A stretch of DNA of 64,000 nt from assembly GCF_963921235.1 (NCBI RefSeq), contig NC_086097.1, positions 60,886,001 through 60,950,000 on the forward strand, written 5' to 3'. The stretch comes from Mobula hypostoma (Eukaryota). Below the pieces are notes generated by a model. It was not told the origin of the DNA and made no database searches. It saw only the letters and a program-made list of their open reading frames with translations. This document shows, piece after piece, positions 24,447-39,094 of this stretch. Made by a program: the position numbers and the translations under genes. Within the stretch, counting starts at the first letter, position 1; every line of letters starts with the position of its first letter.

Positions 24447-27400
24447 AGACCATCAGACATAGGAGCAGAAATAGTCATATGGTCCATTGAGTCTGTTCCG
24501 CCATTCAATCATGTTAATCCCTTTTTCCCCTCCTCAGACTCACTCCCCAGCCTTCTCCCCGTAACCTTTGATGCAAGATCCAATCATGAACCGATCAACA
24601 TCTGCCTTAAATACACCCAACGGCCTGGCCTTCACAGCTGCATGCACTAACAAATTCCACAAATTCACCACCTTCTGGCGAAAGAAAGTTGTCCGCATCT
24701 TTGTTTTAAATTGAGTCTCCTCTATCCTGAGATTTTGCTCACTTGTCCTAGACTCCCCCACCATGGGAAACATACTTTGCACATCTACTCTGTCTTGGGC
24801 TTTCAACATTCGAAAGGTTTCAATGAGATACCCCCTCATCCTCCTAAATTCCAGCGAGTACAGACCCAGAGCTATCAAATGTTCTTTGTATGATAACCCT
24901 TTCATTCCAGGAATAATCCTTGTGTACCTCCTCTGAACCCTCTTTTCTTAGATGAGGAGCCCAAAGCTGTTCACAATAGTCAACATGAGGCCTCACCAGT
25001 GCCTTATAAATCCTCAGCACCACATCCCAGCTCTTGTATTCTAGACCTGTTGAAATAAATGCTAACATTGCATTTGTCTTCCTCATCACTGATTCTACCT
25101 GCAAGATAACCTTTAGAGTGTTCTGCTCAAGGACTCCCAAGTCCCCTTGCATCTCAGATTTTTGGATTTACACCTTGTTTGGTAAAAAAGTCTGCACATT
25201 TATTTCTACTACTGAAGTGCATAACCATGCATTTTCCAGCATTGTATTTCCTAATCTGCAGCCTACCAGTTTCCTCAACACTACCTATCCCTCCACTAAT
25301 CTTCATATCATCTGCAAACTTGGCAACAAAACCATCTATTCCATCATCTAAATCATTGATATACAGCAAAAAAAGAAGTGGTTCTAACACTGACCCCTGC
25401 GAAACACCACTAGTCACTGGAAGCCAACTAGAAAAGGATCCTTCTATTCCCATTCGCTGCCTCCTACCAATCAGTCATTGCCCTAACATTTTTAGTAACT
25501 TTGTAAATAACTTTGTAAGTAGCCTTATGTGTGGCACCTTGAGAAAGTTTTTCTGAAAGTCGAAATACACGACATCCATTGTATTCCCTTTATCCACCTT
25601 ACTTGTAATCTCTTCAAGGAATTCCAACAGGATAGTCAGGCAAGATTTCCCCTTAAGAAAACCATGCTGACTTTGTCCTACCTTGTGCTGTGTCACTAAG
25701 TACTCCATAAGCTCATCCTTAACAATAGACTCCATCATCTTTCCAACCACTGAGGTCAGGCTAACTGGTCTATAATTTCCACTCTGCTGCCTTTCTCCTT
25801 TCTTAAAGAGTGGAGTAACATTTGACTTTTTCCAGTCCTCTGGCACCATGCCAGAGTCAAATAAATTTTAAAACATCATTTCAAATGTCTCCATAATCTC
25901 TGCCACTACCTCCTTCAGATACCTGAGGTGCTGTTCACCTGGCCCGGGTGACTTATGTACCCTTAGGTCTTCCAGCTTTTTGAGCACTTCTCCTTTGTAA
26001 TAGTAATTACACTCACTTCTCTTCCCTCACACCCTTCAACATCCGGCACACTGCTAATGTCTTCCACAGTGAAGACTGATGCAAATCACTCATTTAGTTC
26101 ATCTGCCATCCCCTTGTCCCCTGTTATTATTTCTCCGACCTTATTTTCTAGTGGTCCTATATCCACTCTCAACTCTCTTTTATTTTTTACATACTTGAAA
26201 AAGCTTTTACTATCCACTTTGATATTGTTTGCTAGCTTGCTTTCTTATCTTATCTTTTCCCTCCTAATGCTTCTTTTATTTGCTCTATGTAGGTTTTTAA
26301 AATCTTCCCAATCTTCTGTCTACCGCTAATTTTTGTTGTATGCCCTCTCTTTTGCTTTTACATTAGGATTGACTTCCCTTGTCAGCCACCATTGTACTTT
26401 TTTTTTCCATTTGAGTTTTTCTTCATCTTTGGAATACATCTATTCTGCACCTTCCTCATTTTTCTCAGAAACTCTCGCCATTGCTGCTCTGCTGTCATCC
26501 CTGCACAGCATCTCCTTCCAATTTGCTTTGGCCAGCTCCCACAACAGCATCCAAAATGGTATACTTACTATTGAGGGGAATGGCCAGAGGGGTGCTCTGA
26601 GCTAACTGCTTATTCAGATTTCTATTTCTCCTGACTGTCTCCCAACTACTTGCTTCCTGCAACTTGGGTTGACTACTTCCCTGTAACTCTGATCAATTAT
26701 CTCCTCACTCTCCCATACAAGCCAAAGGTCATCCAGCTGCTGCTCTAGATCCCTAACATGGTCTTCAAGGAGCTGCAGCTGAATGCATTTCATGCAGATG
26801 TAGTTTCCTAGGAGACTCTGGGTCCCTCCGGATTCCAACATCTGGCATGAAGAACACACAACTGCAATTTATTACACTAGGTACAGTAGGAGAAACACAA
26901 GGGAACCTTAACAGAAATGTACCTGGAGCCATCACCTCTTCTGAGCCTAAGCCTCCTTTGGGCCAAAACTTGACATCCTGACTCTCAGCACTGGCCTACT
27001 CCCAACAATAGCGTGTCCCTTCTGTACTTTTAAACAAGCGTGGCTGACCTACGAGAAACCTTCTCGCTGAGGCCTGCTCCTGCTGCTGATTGGGTTGCCG
27101 GAATGAGCCTGAACACCTGCGAAGCTCTCCTTTTAAACAAATGTCACCGAGCTGCAAGAAACCTCATCAATGTGGCCTTCTGTTGCTGCTGATTGGGCCA
27201 CTGGAGCTGCTTGGCAGGTGAGACTTGAGACTGTGAAACAATCTTAGATTCTGGGGCTTCCTCTGTGCTGGCTTAGGAGTAGACTCAAGACATGCAGAAG
27301 TGATTTGAAAGCTCTGGACACTTTTCTTCTGGATGTGTTGGTATTATGAACAGTAAATGACAAGCTCCTCGATCTTCCACTTATTCCAGGCCACCAGACA
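24447..27400 (-). mobile_element. CR1 LINE (ORF1 zinc-finger/coiled coil and RT, internally deleted) inserted in the Gypsy 3' LTR
   Basis: ORF1 CSSCQM...YICMKCIQLQLLEDHVRDLEQQLDDL (26614-26859); RT NYRPVSLTSVVGK, KFADD (25154-25849); C-terminus 24540-24905; gaccat tail. Confidence 0.9.
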
Positions 27401-27437
27401 AAACTTCAGTCAATGCTTTAATTTTGACCACAACTAG

Positions 27438-28207
27438 ATCAGAATCAGAATCAGATTTATTATCACCGGCATGTGTTGTGAAAAATTTTAATTTAGCAGC
27501 AACATTTCAATGCAATACATAACATAGAAGAAGAGGAAATATAAGTAAATAAATAAATTACAGTATACATATATTGAATAGATTAAAAATCGTACAAAAA
27601 ACCTCAGAAATAATATATATTAAAAAAGTGAAGTTGTTTTCACAGGTTCAATGTCCATTTAGGAATCGGATGGCAGAGGGGAAGAAGCTGTTCCTGAATC
27701 GCTGAGTGTGTGCCTTCAGGCTTCTGTACCTCCTACCTGATGGTAACAGTGAGAAAAGGGCATGCCCTGGGTGCTGGAGGTCCTTAATAATGGATGCTGC
27801 TTTTCAGAGGCACCGCTCCCTGAAAATGTCCTGGGTACTTTGTAGGCTAGTACCCAAGATGGAGCTGACTAGATTTACAACCTTCTGCAGCTTCTTTCGG
27901 TCCTGAGCAGTAGCCCCTCCATACCAGACAGTGATGCAGCCTGTCAGAATACTCTCTACGGTACAACTGAACAAGTTTTTGAGTGTATTTGTTGACATGT
28001 CAAATCTCTTCAAACTCTTGATGAAGTAGTATAGTCACTGTCTTGCCTTCTTTATAACTGCGTCAATATGTTGGGACCAGTTAGCTCCTCAGAGATCTTG
28101 ACACTCAGGAACTTGAAGCTGCTCACTCTCTCCACTTCTGATCCCTCCATGAGGATTAGTATGTGTTCCTTCGTCTTACCCTTCCCGAATCCACAATCAG
28201 CTCTTTC
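27438..28207 (-). mobile_element. 5'-truncated Rex1/Babar LINE
   Basis: CTVESILTGCITVWYG...RKKLQKVV; (atcaga)n tail; close match to 54240-54990. Confidence 0.9.
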
Positions 28208-29813
28208 GTCTGGCACATAGCTCCTCCAACACTTTAGTTCTCAGCTTGAATGGTACAGCAACTTTCAATCCCCACATAAGGCAACCTCCAGCAAAGGTAA
28301 GTTCATCCCAGTTCTGGGAAAAATGAGGAAACTGGAGTTTATGCTGATTATTCCAGCCAAGTGGGGTGTAGACCTGGGAGAGCGTGGGGTCTTTTCTGGT
28401 TTCCTTTTGGATCGTCTCTGCCATAATAGGGAGACTTCTGATTTGTGTTTGGAAGAATGCATCAAGAGGAGTGTCCTCTCTTGTAAATGTTTTGGTTCTT
28501 CCCTTTCCCAAGGGTAAATGAGACAACCTATCAGCATTTCCATGATTAGTCGTCCTATTGAATTTAATCTTACAATTGCGCTCTCCAAGAAACAGAGCTC
28601 ATCTTTGCATCTGTGCTGCTGCTGTTAGTGGAACTTCCTTCTGTGGATTGAAAATAGACGCTAGTGGTAGGGACATCAGTGATGAGGGTAAACCCTCTCC
28701 CATACAAAAATATTGTACACCCCAAACTAGACTCATGACCTCTGTGTTAATCGGTATGGAATTTTTATCTACAGCTGTAAGGGAACATGATGCAAGGCTA
28801 TGCAGCATTCACCTTCATCACTCATAACATGCGACTTGACTGCACTTATGCCATAAGGCAAGGTGTCAGAGGCGAGCGTCACTGGACAACGTGGATCATA
28901 ATGTGTGAGTACTGTGTCTCATATCACCATTTCCTTTAATTTTTTGAAAGCCACCCCACACTGCTTTGTCCTTTGCCATTACTTCCCAATCTATAGTAAT
29001 GAGTTCAAGGGCTGGAGCACGTTGGCCAAGTTTGGCAGAAACGTGTTGTAGCAATTGACCGATCCTAAAAATGACAACAACTGTGACACATTCTTTGGCC
29101 TTGGGGCATCCACCACTGCTTGAATTTTCTCAGCACTGTTGTATAAATCTTGTGCGTCAATGGTGTGACCACAATAAACAATGCTTAGTTTAAAGAATTC
29201 ACACTTGTTGAGCCATTCTCAGAGTTCTTATCTTTTTAATGCTGTCTTGGGAGTTTGGAGGTGCTTCTTGTCATCCCTACTAGTGACAATGATGTCTTCT
29301 GGGTAACACTGAGTGCCTGAGCAGCCTTGTAGCACCTGATTCATAGCCTTCTGCCAGAGTGCAATTGCAGATGCTACTCCAAAAATAAGCTTATTATTGT
29401 GATAAATCTCTTTCTGAGTGTTTATAGTGAGAAACACTTTGGACTCTTCTTCCATCTCCATCTGTAGGTAGGCCTCAGCTACGTCCACGTTGCTGAAGTG
29501 TTTCTCTACAGAAAAGTCTGGAAAGATATTCTTTATCCTGGGCAGATAGTATTGATCTACTTTCAGTACTGGGTTGATGGTGACCTTAAAATCATCACAG
29601 ATCCTTACTAATGTATTCCTCTAAGCTGCTGGGATCACTGGCCTTGACGCTGAGCTCCACTGAAATTTGGAAGAAATTCCTTCAGCCTTCATGTGATTTA
29701 GCTCACTTATCATGAATGGTATAAGGAACCAGACGGGCTTGTAAAACTTTGGCATTTTAATTTAACATTATTATACCCTCGATATGCTTGAGTTTTCCAA
29801 TGTTATTCTTGAA

Positions 29814-30088
29814 AAATATTCTTGAGAAATAATGTATGAGATCATGAAAAGGCAATGTAACTTCACTGGACATGTGATTAAGAAAGAAGAGTTAGAATGC
29901 ACGGTAATTATGGGAAAGATTGAAGGGAAGAAAGCAAGAGGAAGACAAAGACAAATGATGATGGAGACAGCAGCCAGAGAACTGGAAATGAATACCAATG
30001 AATTAATCCGCTTGACCTGAAACAGGAGTGTGTGGACCAGGGCAGTCAAAACTCAAACTGGGCATGGCACCTGATGATGATGATGATG
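29814..30088 (+). mobile_element. RTE-clade 3' fragment with (TGA)n tail, inserted in Gypsy pol
   Basis: KRQCNFTGHVIKKEELE...GKIEGKKARGRQR; TSD attcttgaa at 29805-29813 and 30089-30097. Confidence 0.85.
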
Positions 30089-32027
30089 ATTCTTGAACGC
30101 TGTGGTTGCAGCACCTTTCATAATTTGCTTTCAGCTGACTATATTGCAGAGGATGTGGCATACAAATGTTGGATGGATCTCCAATCAAGTTGTAGTTGGC
30201 TCAGCCAATTATATCCCATGATGCTGGTACTCCTGTTTTTTTTAACGCATACAGAACAAGCCCAATGTAGCTTGTTGCTTGATATATTTCACTGTTACAA
30301 ATGTCATTTCCACAGGAGTTATCTTTCCTCCAGTATAAGTTCTTAGTTAGATATCTGCAGGCTCAGTTCAGTATCTTTGAAATGCTGTTCAAACTCATCT
30401 TGTGGAGTGACTGAAACTGCTGAGCTAGTGTCGTATTCCATTTTAATTAATTTGCCATTTACTTCTGGTGTAAGCAGTATTGCTTGTCTCTTGCTAGTTT
30501 TCACTTGTTAATATCAAGGCTACCCAGTCTTTTGTGACAATTATCATTATCAGATTTTTCATCGACAGCATAAAGATTAGTGCCCTTTTTGAAACTGCAA
30601 TTTGACTTTTTATTTTTTTCTCTTCTCTGTGCAGTCCATTTATTTTTGTCTACCTGAAATGCCCTTTGCATCTGTCCTACTTTGTTGCATTTCCTGCAAA
30701 TTTCACCTTTAAAGCTGCATTGCTCTGGTGTATGTAAGTCCCTGCAACAATGGTAACACAATTTGTTTGGCCAGGCCTGTTTCTGCTTAGACATTGCAAT
30801 TTTCTTCACACTTACTTTCATTCCTGACTGCAACTCAAATGTACCTCTAGTTACCGTTTCCATTGATACAGCTGTTTCAACTGCTTTTTAAAATATGAGT
30901 TGTGCTTCAGTTAGGAGCCATTTTTGAATGCTTCCTTGTAGGATTCCACAGTCTAAATAACCTCTGAGTGCATCATTAAACACACCACTGAACTGATGAT
31001 GCTTCGACAATTTATTCTGTTCAGCCAGGTAAGTTGAAATGGACTCCTCTTCCTTTTCAATCCACTTATGAAACCTTAATGTGTTCTGTGATCAACGATT
31101 GTTTCAGTTCTAATGGTATCTGCATTACTTACATGATATCAGCAAGGATCATTTTGGCTAATTTGGTTGAAGAGTTCAAACTTCTAAGCAAACTATATTG
31201 TCTTCCACCTATTACACTCAGAAAAACTGGCCTGTGTTCCTTGTTGGCTAACTCATTTGCTTCAAAATACTGCTCAATCCATTCAGTATACATCAACCAG
31301 TTACCTTTGGTGCAATCAGGTGTGTCTATCTTTTCAATGTAGCCAGCCATTTCTGCGTTTTACCATTTATGATTATCATCACTAGGTACTCATTATTTAT
31401 GAGCCTGTGAATTTCATCCATTGTCTGCCTTTTTTATCACGTGCTGCACTTTTTTTACTTGACTGTTTTGTTGCACTGTTTTTTTTAACTTGAGTGTTTT
31501 GTCGAGTTTCAACAGGTAGTTAGTCATCTCAGGTTCGTTTAAAAACCTGCTCATTACCACTGTTACATTTTGAAACTCCAACAATTAATTTAAAAAAGCA
31601 TGGGAGAGCTAGGGATAACTCATGTCTAGTTTCGTTTTTGCTTTCAGTGAGGCACGCACTTATGACGTGGTGGTGTAATGATATATGCCATTCACGTACT
31701 CCGTGCATATAAATGGCATTGAATTATGTAAACAACTAAGAATGCTCAATCAAATAATAATATTACTCAATTACTCAATTACAAGCAATATTACTCAATT
31801 ATTGCTGAAATATTAAATACACAACAAACACCACAGATCACTGAGCTCCAGGCAGAATATTCACCATCAACAAACACTCCCTGCCTTCTATGTATATGCC
31901 AATTCTGAATCCACACAGCCAAGTTCTTGTGGATACTGTGTTTCCTGACTTTCTGATAAGCCACCATGGGGAAGCTTATCAAATGTCTTACTAAAATCCA
32001 TATGCACGACACCAGTGCTCTACCTTA

Positions 32028-35000
32028 GACCATAAGACATCAGAACAGAAATAAGCTATTTGGCCCATAGATTCTGCTCTGCCATTCCACCATGGGTGAT
32101 TTGTTATCCATCTTAACCTTACTCTCCTGCCATTGCCACATCACCTTTGACACCCTTACTAATCAAGAAACTATCAACTTCAGCTTTAAATAAACCCAAT
32201 GACTTTCCCCCACGACCATCTGTGGCAACAAATTCAACATATTCACTAACTTCTGGCAAAAGAAATTCCTCCTCATCTCTGTTCTAAAGGACCGTCCCTC
32301 TATTCTGAGGCTGTGCCATCTGTTCCTAGACTCCCCTACTATAGGAAACCTCCTCCCCACATCCACTCTATCTAGACCTTTCAATATTCTGATAGTTTCA
32401 AAGAGATACCCCTCATTCATTTAAACTCCAGTGAATACAGGACCAGCGCTATTAAATGTTCCTCATAAGTTCATTCGCAGTATTATTCACGTGAAAACTT
32501 CCTTGACAATGTCAGCACATCTTATGTAGATAAGGGGCTCAAACTTCCAAGAGCAGTCTGATCAATGCCTTATAAGGTCTCAGCATTATCTCCTTGCTTT
32601 TATATTATAGACCTCTTGAAGATAATGCTTACATTGCATTTGGCTTCCTTATCACCAACTCAACCTACAACTAGACCTTGAGTGAATCCTGTACAAGGAC
32701 TCCCAAGTCCTCTTGCATCTTTGCTTTCTGAATTTTCTCTCTGTTTAGAAAATTGTCCTTGCCTTTATTCCTTCTACCTAAGGTTATGACCATACATTTC
32801 CCCACACTATATTCCATCTGCCACTTCTTTGGCCATCCTCCTAATGTATCTTACAGACTGCAGACCATCTGCTTCCTCAACACCACCTGCCCATCCACCT
32901 ATCTTTGTATCATCCACAAACTTAGCCACAAAGCCATATATTGCATCATTCAAATCATTGACATATAATATGAAAAGTAGCGGTCCCAACCCTGACCCTT
33001 GTGGAGCACCATTAGTAACTAGCAGCCAACCAGAAAAAGCTGACTTTTTTCCTGTTCTTTGCCTCCTGCCTATCAGATGTTCTCTAATATCTTTGCTAAT
33101 ATCCTGCTAATATGCATGTTAATATCTTTCCTGTGATACCAAAAACACTTATGTTGCTTATCAATGTCATGTTGATCACCTAGTCAAAAATCTTCTGAAA
33201 ATCCAAATGAATGACATCCATTGGTTCTGATTTGTCTATCCAGCCTATTATTTCCTCAAATAATTCCAACAAGTATGTCAGACATGATCTTCCTGAAGGA
33301 AATCATGCATGTTTTGGCCTATTTGATCATGTGCCTCCTACTACCCTGAAACCTCAAACTTAATAATGGATTCCAAAATTTTCCCAAACATTGAAGTCAG
33401 GTTAACTGACCTATAATTTCCTTGATTTTGCTTCACTTCATTCTTAAAGAGTGGAGTGATATTTGTGATTTTCCATTCTCTGGAATCATTCCAGAATCTA
33501 GTCATCCTTGAAAGATCACTACTTACTTACTGGCCATTATACCACTGGTATTTAGGGCAGCACTGATGTTGTTCAGAGCTTCATTCATCATGTCAGTAGC
33601 TTCTTCTCGGTTTTCACTACTATCAGTAAGTCCCGGCTGGAAACTCAGGAATACTGTTGCACACAGATGCAGAAGGATTCTTCATTGCTGTCTGTGGAAC
33701 AATCTTGTATTACGAGGGTTAACATAGTGAAAACTGATGCAAAAAAAACAATTAGTTTATCTGCTATTTATTCGCCCCATTGCTATCTCTCCAGCATTAT
33801 TTTCTAGTGGTCAGAAATCCACTCTCTTTTATTCCTTATATATCTGAAAAACCTTTGGTATTGGCTAGCTTACCATCATATTTTATCTTTTCTCTCCTTA
33901 TTGCTTTTTTATTTGCCTTCTGTTGATTTTTAAAAGCTTCCCATTCCTCTAACTTCTCTCAAATGTTTGCTATATTTTATACCCTCACTTTTGCTTTCAT
34001 GCTGTCTTTTTTGTGTTTGTCACCCATGATTGCCTCATTGTCCATTTAGAATACTCTTTCATCTTTGGGATTTATCTATCATGTGCCTTCTGAATTACCT
34101 CTCGAAATCCCAGCCATTGCTATTCTACCATCATTCCTACTGGTGTATACTATCAATCAACCCCTCTCTCATACCTCTGTAATTCCATTAACTTCAATGT
34201 AATGGTAATACATCTGATTTTAGCTTCTCTCTCGCCAACTGCAGGGTGAATTCTATCATGTTACGATCCCTGCTTCCTTAGGTTTCCTTTTCCTTAAGCC
34301 CTCTAATAAAAAATTGTTTATTACACAACACCTAATCCAGAATTGCTTTCTCCCTAGTAGGATCAACAACAAGCTGCTTTAAATAGGCATTCCAAAATTT
34401 CCCTCTCTTGAGATCCAGCACCAACCTGATATACCTAATCTACCTTATTATTGAAATCCTCCATGACTATCATAATATTGCCCTTCTGACATGACTTTTC
34501 TATCATGTATTGCAATTTGCACCTCACAACCTGGCTGTTGTTCGGAGACCTGTAAATAACGCCCATTAAGGTCTTTTTACCCATAGGGATTCTACATCTT
34601 CTGCTCCTAAGTCACATCTTTCTAAGGATTTGATTTCATATTTTACCAACAGAGTCACTCACCCTCCCTGCCTCCCTGCCTGTCCTTTCAGTACAATGAG
34701 TATTCTTGGATATTCAGCTCCCAGCTAAAATCATCTTGTAACCATGACTCAGTGATGATCACTACATGCCAGTCTCTAACTGCACTACAAGATCCTTCAC
34801 CTTATTCCATGTTCTGCTTGCATTTAAATATAACATCTTCACCCTGTATTCATCACCTTTTTGATTTTATCCCCATATGACACTTGAACTTATCCCACTA
34901 ATTGCAATTTCTTTGTGTCATTTCTCACATTCTTACGGCGCACTGGACCTTCTGGTACACCAACTGTCCCATCCACAGCTCTATCACTCTAGTTACCGAT

Positions 35001-35280
35001 CTAAATTAGACCCAATAGGTCTAGTAAATCTGCCAGCAAGGATATTGGTTCCCCCTTGGGTTTGGGTGTAACCTCTCCTTTTTGACAGGTCATACTTGCC
35101 CCAAAAAAGATTCCAATGATCCAGAAATCTGAAACACTGCCCCCTGCTCCAATTCCTTGGCCATGCATTCATCTGGCAAATCATCCTATCTTTACCACCA
35201 CTGGTGCCTGGCACAGACAATAATCCAAACATTAATACCCTTGAGATCCTACTTTTCAGCTTGCCACCCAACTTCCTATA
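32028..35280 (-). mobile_element. Long decayed CR1 LINE (ORF1 esterase, APE, RT, tail)
   Basis: ORF1 GLLSVP...MNAWPRNW...FRFLDHW (34993-35271); RT GPLLFILYVNDL...KFVDDTK (32807-32989); C-terminus 32163-32420; a small foreign insert at ~33525-33715. Confidence 0.9.
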
Positions 35281-35284
35281 TTCA

Positions 35285-36680
35285 CTAAGTCTGCCGATGA
35301 CTCAGAATTTTGGATGGTTACAAGGAAGCATACAGGAGTGAGATAGATCAGTTACTTGAGTGGTGTCGCAACAACAACAACTTTGTACTCATCATCAGTA
35401 AGACCATGGGAGTGATTGTGGACTTCAGGAAGGGATTGTCAAGGGATTATCAGTGGAAAAGGAGATCAATTCTAAATTCCTGGGTGTCAAAATCTCGGTA
35501 TATCTATCCTGGGCCAAACATACCGATGCAATAATAATGAAGGCATGGCAGTTGCTAAATTTCATTTGGAGTTTGCGGAGACTTGGTATGTCACTAAAAA
35601 CTACACCAAAAACCAAAGACACGGAAATTTCTACAGATGTACCATAGAGGGCATTCTAACTGATTGCATCAACATCTGGCATGGAAGGGTCGCAGCACCG
35701 GATTGGAAAAATCTGCAGAAAGTTGCAAACTCAGCCAGCTCCATCACGAACACTGGCCTCCACAGCATCAAGGTAAACTTCAAAATACGTTGCCTAAAAA
35801 TGGCTGCTTGCATCAATAAGGAGCCCATCACCCAGGACATGCCACCTTCTCATCACTATAATTAAGGAAGGCTTACAGGAGGCTGAATACACAAGGAATT
35901 TAGATCAGCTTCTTCACCTTGGCTATTAGATTTCTGAATGTATAATGAACCCAAGTACACTACCTCACCGTTTCTTTTTTTCTTTTTTTTTTGCTCTCAT
36001 TTTACAGTACTTATTTAATTATATTTACATATATATTGTAATTTTCTTGGAATATTCTTATTGTAATTTATAGATTTTGTTATGATGCATTGCACTATAC
36101 TGCCTATCTTTTTTGCCTACTGGAGCAACAGGTTCATAGCAGATGCCCTTTCATTAGCTCTTTACTCAACCCTGAAATATCAGCACGGTGAAGATGCATA
36201 CATCATGATGCTCTTTATTGACTACAGCTCAGCATCCAAAACTATCATTTCCTCAAACTAATCAATAAGCTTCATGTCCTTGGCCTCAATATCTTCTTGT
36301 GCAATTGGATCCTCAATTTCCTCACTTTCAAACCCCTGTCAGTTCGGATTGGCAACGACACCACATCCACAATCTCCACCTGCAGAGGTGCACCACAAGG
36401 CTGTGTGCTAATTCCCCTGCTCTATATGCTTTATAATTAAGTTGTGAGGCTAAGTACATCTCCAATGCCATATTTAAGTTTGCTGATGACATCACTGTTA
36501 TTGGCTGATTCAAAGGTGGTGATGAATCAGCATATAGAAAGGAGACTGAGTATCTGGCAGAGCTGTGCCACAACAACGACCTCATTCTGAATTTCAGCAA
36601 GACCAAGGAAATGACTATTGACTTTAGATGGTGGAAGCCGGAGATCCATGAGCTAGTCCTCACTGGGGAGTCACAAATCA
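35285..36680 (+). mobile_element. Two adjacent Rex1/Babar RT fragments
   Basis: FYRCTIEGILTDCINIW (35545-35865); second fragment LFIDYSSA...GAPQGCVL...KFADD at ~36115-36670. Confidence 0.8.
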
Positions 36681-37180
36681 GTACCCCGAAATAACAAACA
36701 GTACACAATATGTGATTAAACGATTAAGCCTTTTAACTTTTACTTTGATTACATGGTTAGTAGAGAAACAAAATAAAATTTAAAAAAAGGCCCAATCTTA
36801 TTAAACAGTCTGTGCGCAAAGTTGGAGCTCACTCATACGCCAATCGTTCACCATTGACCTCCTCCGACAGTCGCTGCCCTTCGGACCCTCACTTCAAGTC
36901 CACCCCGTCCAGCGGTCTACCAAATCTCTCCATTCGCGTCTTCTCTCATCATCTCTTTCTCTCTGGCAAGAGCCCGTGAAATCAACTCCTTCTAGATTCA
37001 CAAGACAAGGCAACAAAATCCTGATTGGCTAACATGCACAGCACAGTCCTGTTATCTCCAGCCATAACCCAAACATTGCTGCTACAGAGAAACCGCTACT
37101 TCAGCAATGAACATTACAGAGAAGCCATTTCATTAGCCTTAGCAGTGAATCATTACAGAGAAGCTATTACAGCACGTTAC
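36680..37180. mobile_element. Probable solo LTR
   Basis: Non-coding, CpG-richer segment ending ...cacgttaCA, with short internal repeats (cattacagagaagc); the start lacks a clear TG. Confidence 0.4.
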
Positions 37181-39094
37181 AATGCAAAAGAGAAATAGTG
37201 ATGTATAGTTCGTGGGTTCATGGACCAATCATGAATCTGATAGTGGAGGGGAAGAAGCTGTTCTTTAAACATTGAGACTGTATGAAAGCTTCAAAGATGT
37301 TCCATGTAAAAGCTTGAAGGATAAATCATGAAACTCAAAGACCATGCTGACTGAGAAGATATGGAGGAAGGATTTGAAAAGTGCTAAAATATTGAACTCA
37401 GAGTTTGAAGTTGAATTTCAGGATAATTTTTCTTCTGTTTCTTGCCCATTCACATTAACGTGCCAATAAAAGTGGTGGCTTCAACCATTTGTTTCACTTA
37501 CTTGAGTTGGCACCTCAAAATTCATGAAGTGGAAGGCTTTATGGAGTAAGAATGTCATGGGTGGAGGAGTCAGATGATCATAACAGAGAGAAACACAGAG
37601 ACTGGGGCACACATTATAGCTTTTTGATGGAGGTGGGAGGTGTTAGGCGGTAGCCAGGGAACTTGGATGGCAGCTATTAAATTGCAGTGAAGTCTCCAAT
37701 CTCTCAGAGATGGATACTTGTATTTTCTGTCAGTCATTGCTATGAAAGTCATTTCAGTCCTGCATGTGTTTGAGTGAGACTCATTCACCATTTCAAATTT
37801 TCAATCCCCTCAGCCGCTTTCACCATAAACTGTTAAGATGAAGGAAAACACATAAAGAAGAGAGGAGAAAATTTGAATATTGATCCCACATTGCTTGGCA
37901 CCAGAAGAAGCAATGATAGGTCACTTGAAAATGAGTTGTCACTAAAGAACAGTCTTTTAATGTATACATTGTGATTCACATTTAACCAAATGTTCATTGC
38001 ATGTGGCAGGTAAAGTCAAGGAAGCAGAACTCAGTTGCAACAAGAAATTATTCTTATGCCAAGCTTTAATACTGTTACAGAGACATTTTCCACTGAATCA
38101 ACTTCCACATGTTTAAAGCAAACAGGCACTCACCAAATCACAGGAGGTGGCTGAAGTTTGTTAAAATCTTTGGTCCAATTGAAATGTGAGCAGGAGACTG
38201 TGAGGTGGTAAGGTCAGTGAATGCTATCAACATTTGGGTGATGGTTCAGGTGTCGGGCACGTCATAATACAGTAGTGACCCTGGAAGATTTTTACAGTCA
38301 CCATAAATGCAACTTGATAAAAACAATTGTGATGGGAATGTTAACATGGTAATTACAATAGAAGCCATTGATAAAGGACTAATCAAGAACTTGTTCTGGA
38401 ACCTTAATCCAATGTGGTCCAACATTCAAATATCTCTGCAGTCAAGCATAGCAATCCATAACAAAGCAATACCATCAATATCAAGGCAAAGTTTTACAGA
38501 ATTTGGGGATGTTCAGTCATCTGGCACAGCAAGCATAATAAAATATCAGTCACTGGTGGTTCAAGTTCATGAAGTCAGTTTGGCTCAATTCCCTGCAGTC
38601 GGAGAAAATTGATCACTCTGTTGAATTTTTAGCTTTGTCATTATTATTTGCCACATTCTGTGCTCTGCACAGCCCAACCACAGGATCACTAATTATGTTC
38701 TTCAGTGCTACTATGGCTGAAATAATCATCATTAAAGCCACTCGCACATAGGCTTCAATGAGGAAGCCAATGACATTCACATAACGAGGTCTTCTGATAT
38801 TCAGGGAACACTGCAAATTGATTTGAAGATGAAGGTGTGGGTAATGTGGACAGCAGAAACAGGCCACCCTAGATCTTTCAAAACTGTAATGAGACATACT
38901 TCAATTGAAGTCACTCCCTGGCTACCCAGAGTTAACTGGAATCTTCATGCCAGATCTTCGACCCACTTCTGGCACTCTGACCCTTTGTCGGAAGCCTGGT
39001 TTCCAGTGGACAATCATACTTTTGGACTATTAGCCAGTTTACTAATATTATTTTCTTCTAATCTCCAGCGACCACCTGGAGAAACATTAATACA

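Larger units (their letters stand above)
24309..31826 (-). mobile_element. Decayed Gypsy/Ty3 LTR retrotransposon with nested insertions
   Basis: 5' LTR 31826-31561 (TG...CA) followed by PBS-like gtggtaatgag; gag (31129-31350; CCHC-like at 30501-30863); protease MEYDTSSAVSV ~30410-30445; RT 29228-29488; RNase H ~28560-28880; partial 3' LTR 24309-~24445; 5-bp TSD aacaa/aacac. Confidence 0.85.
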
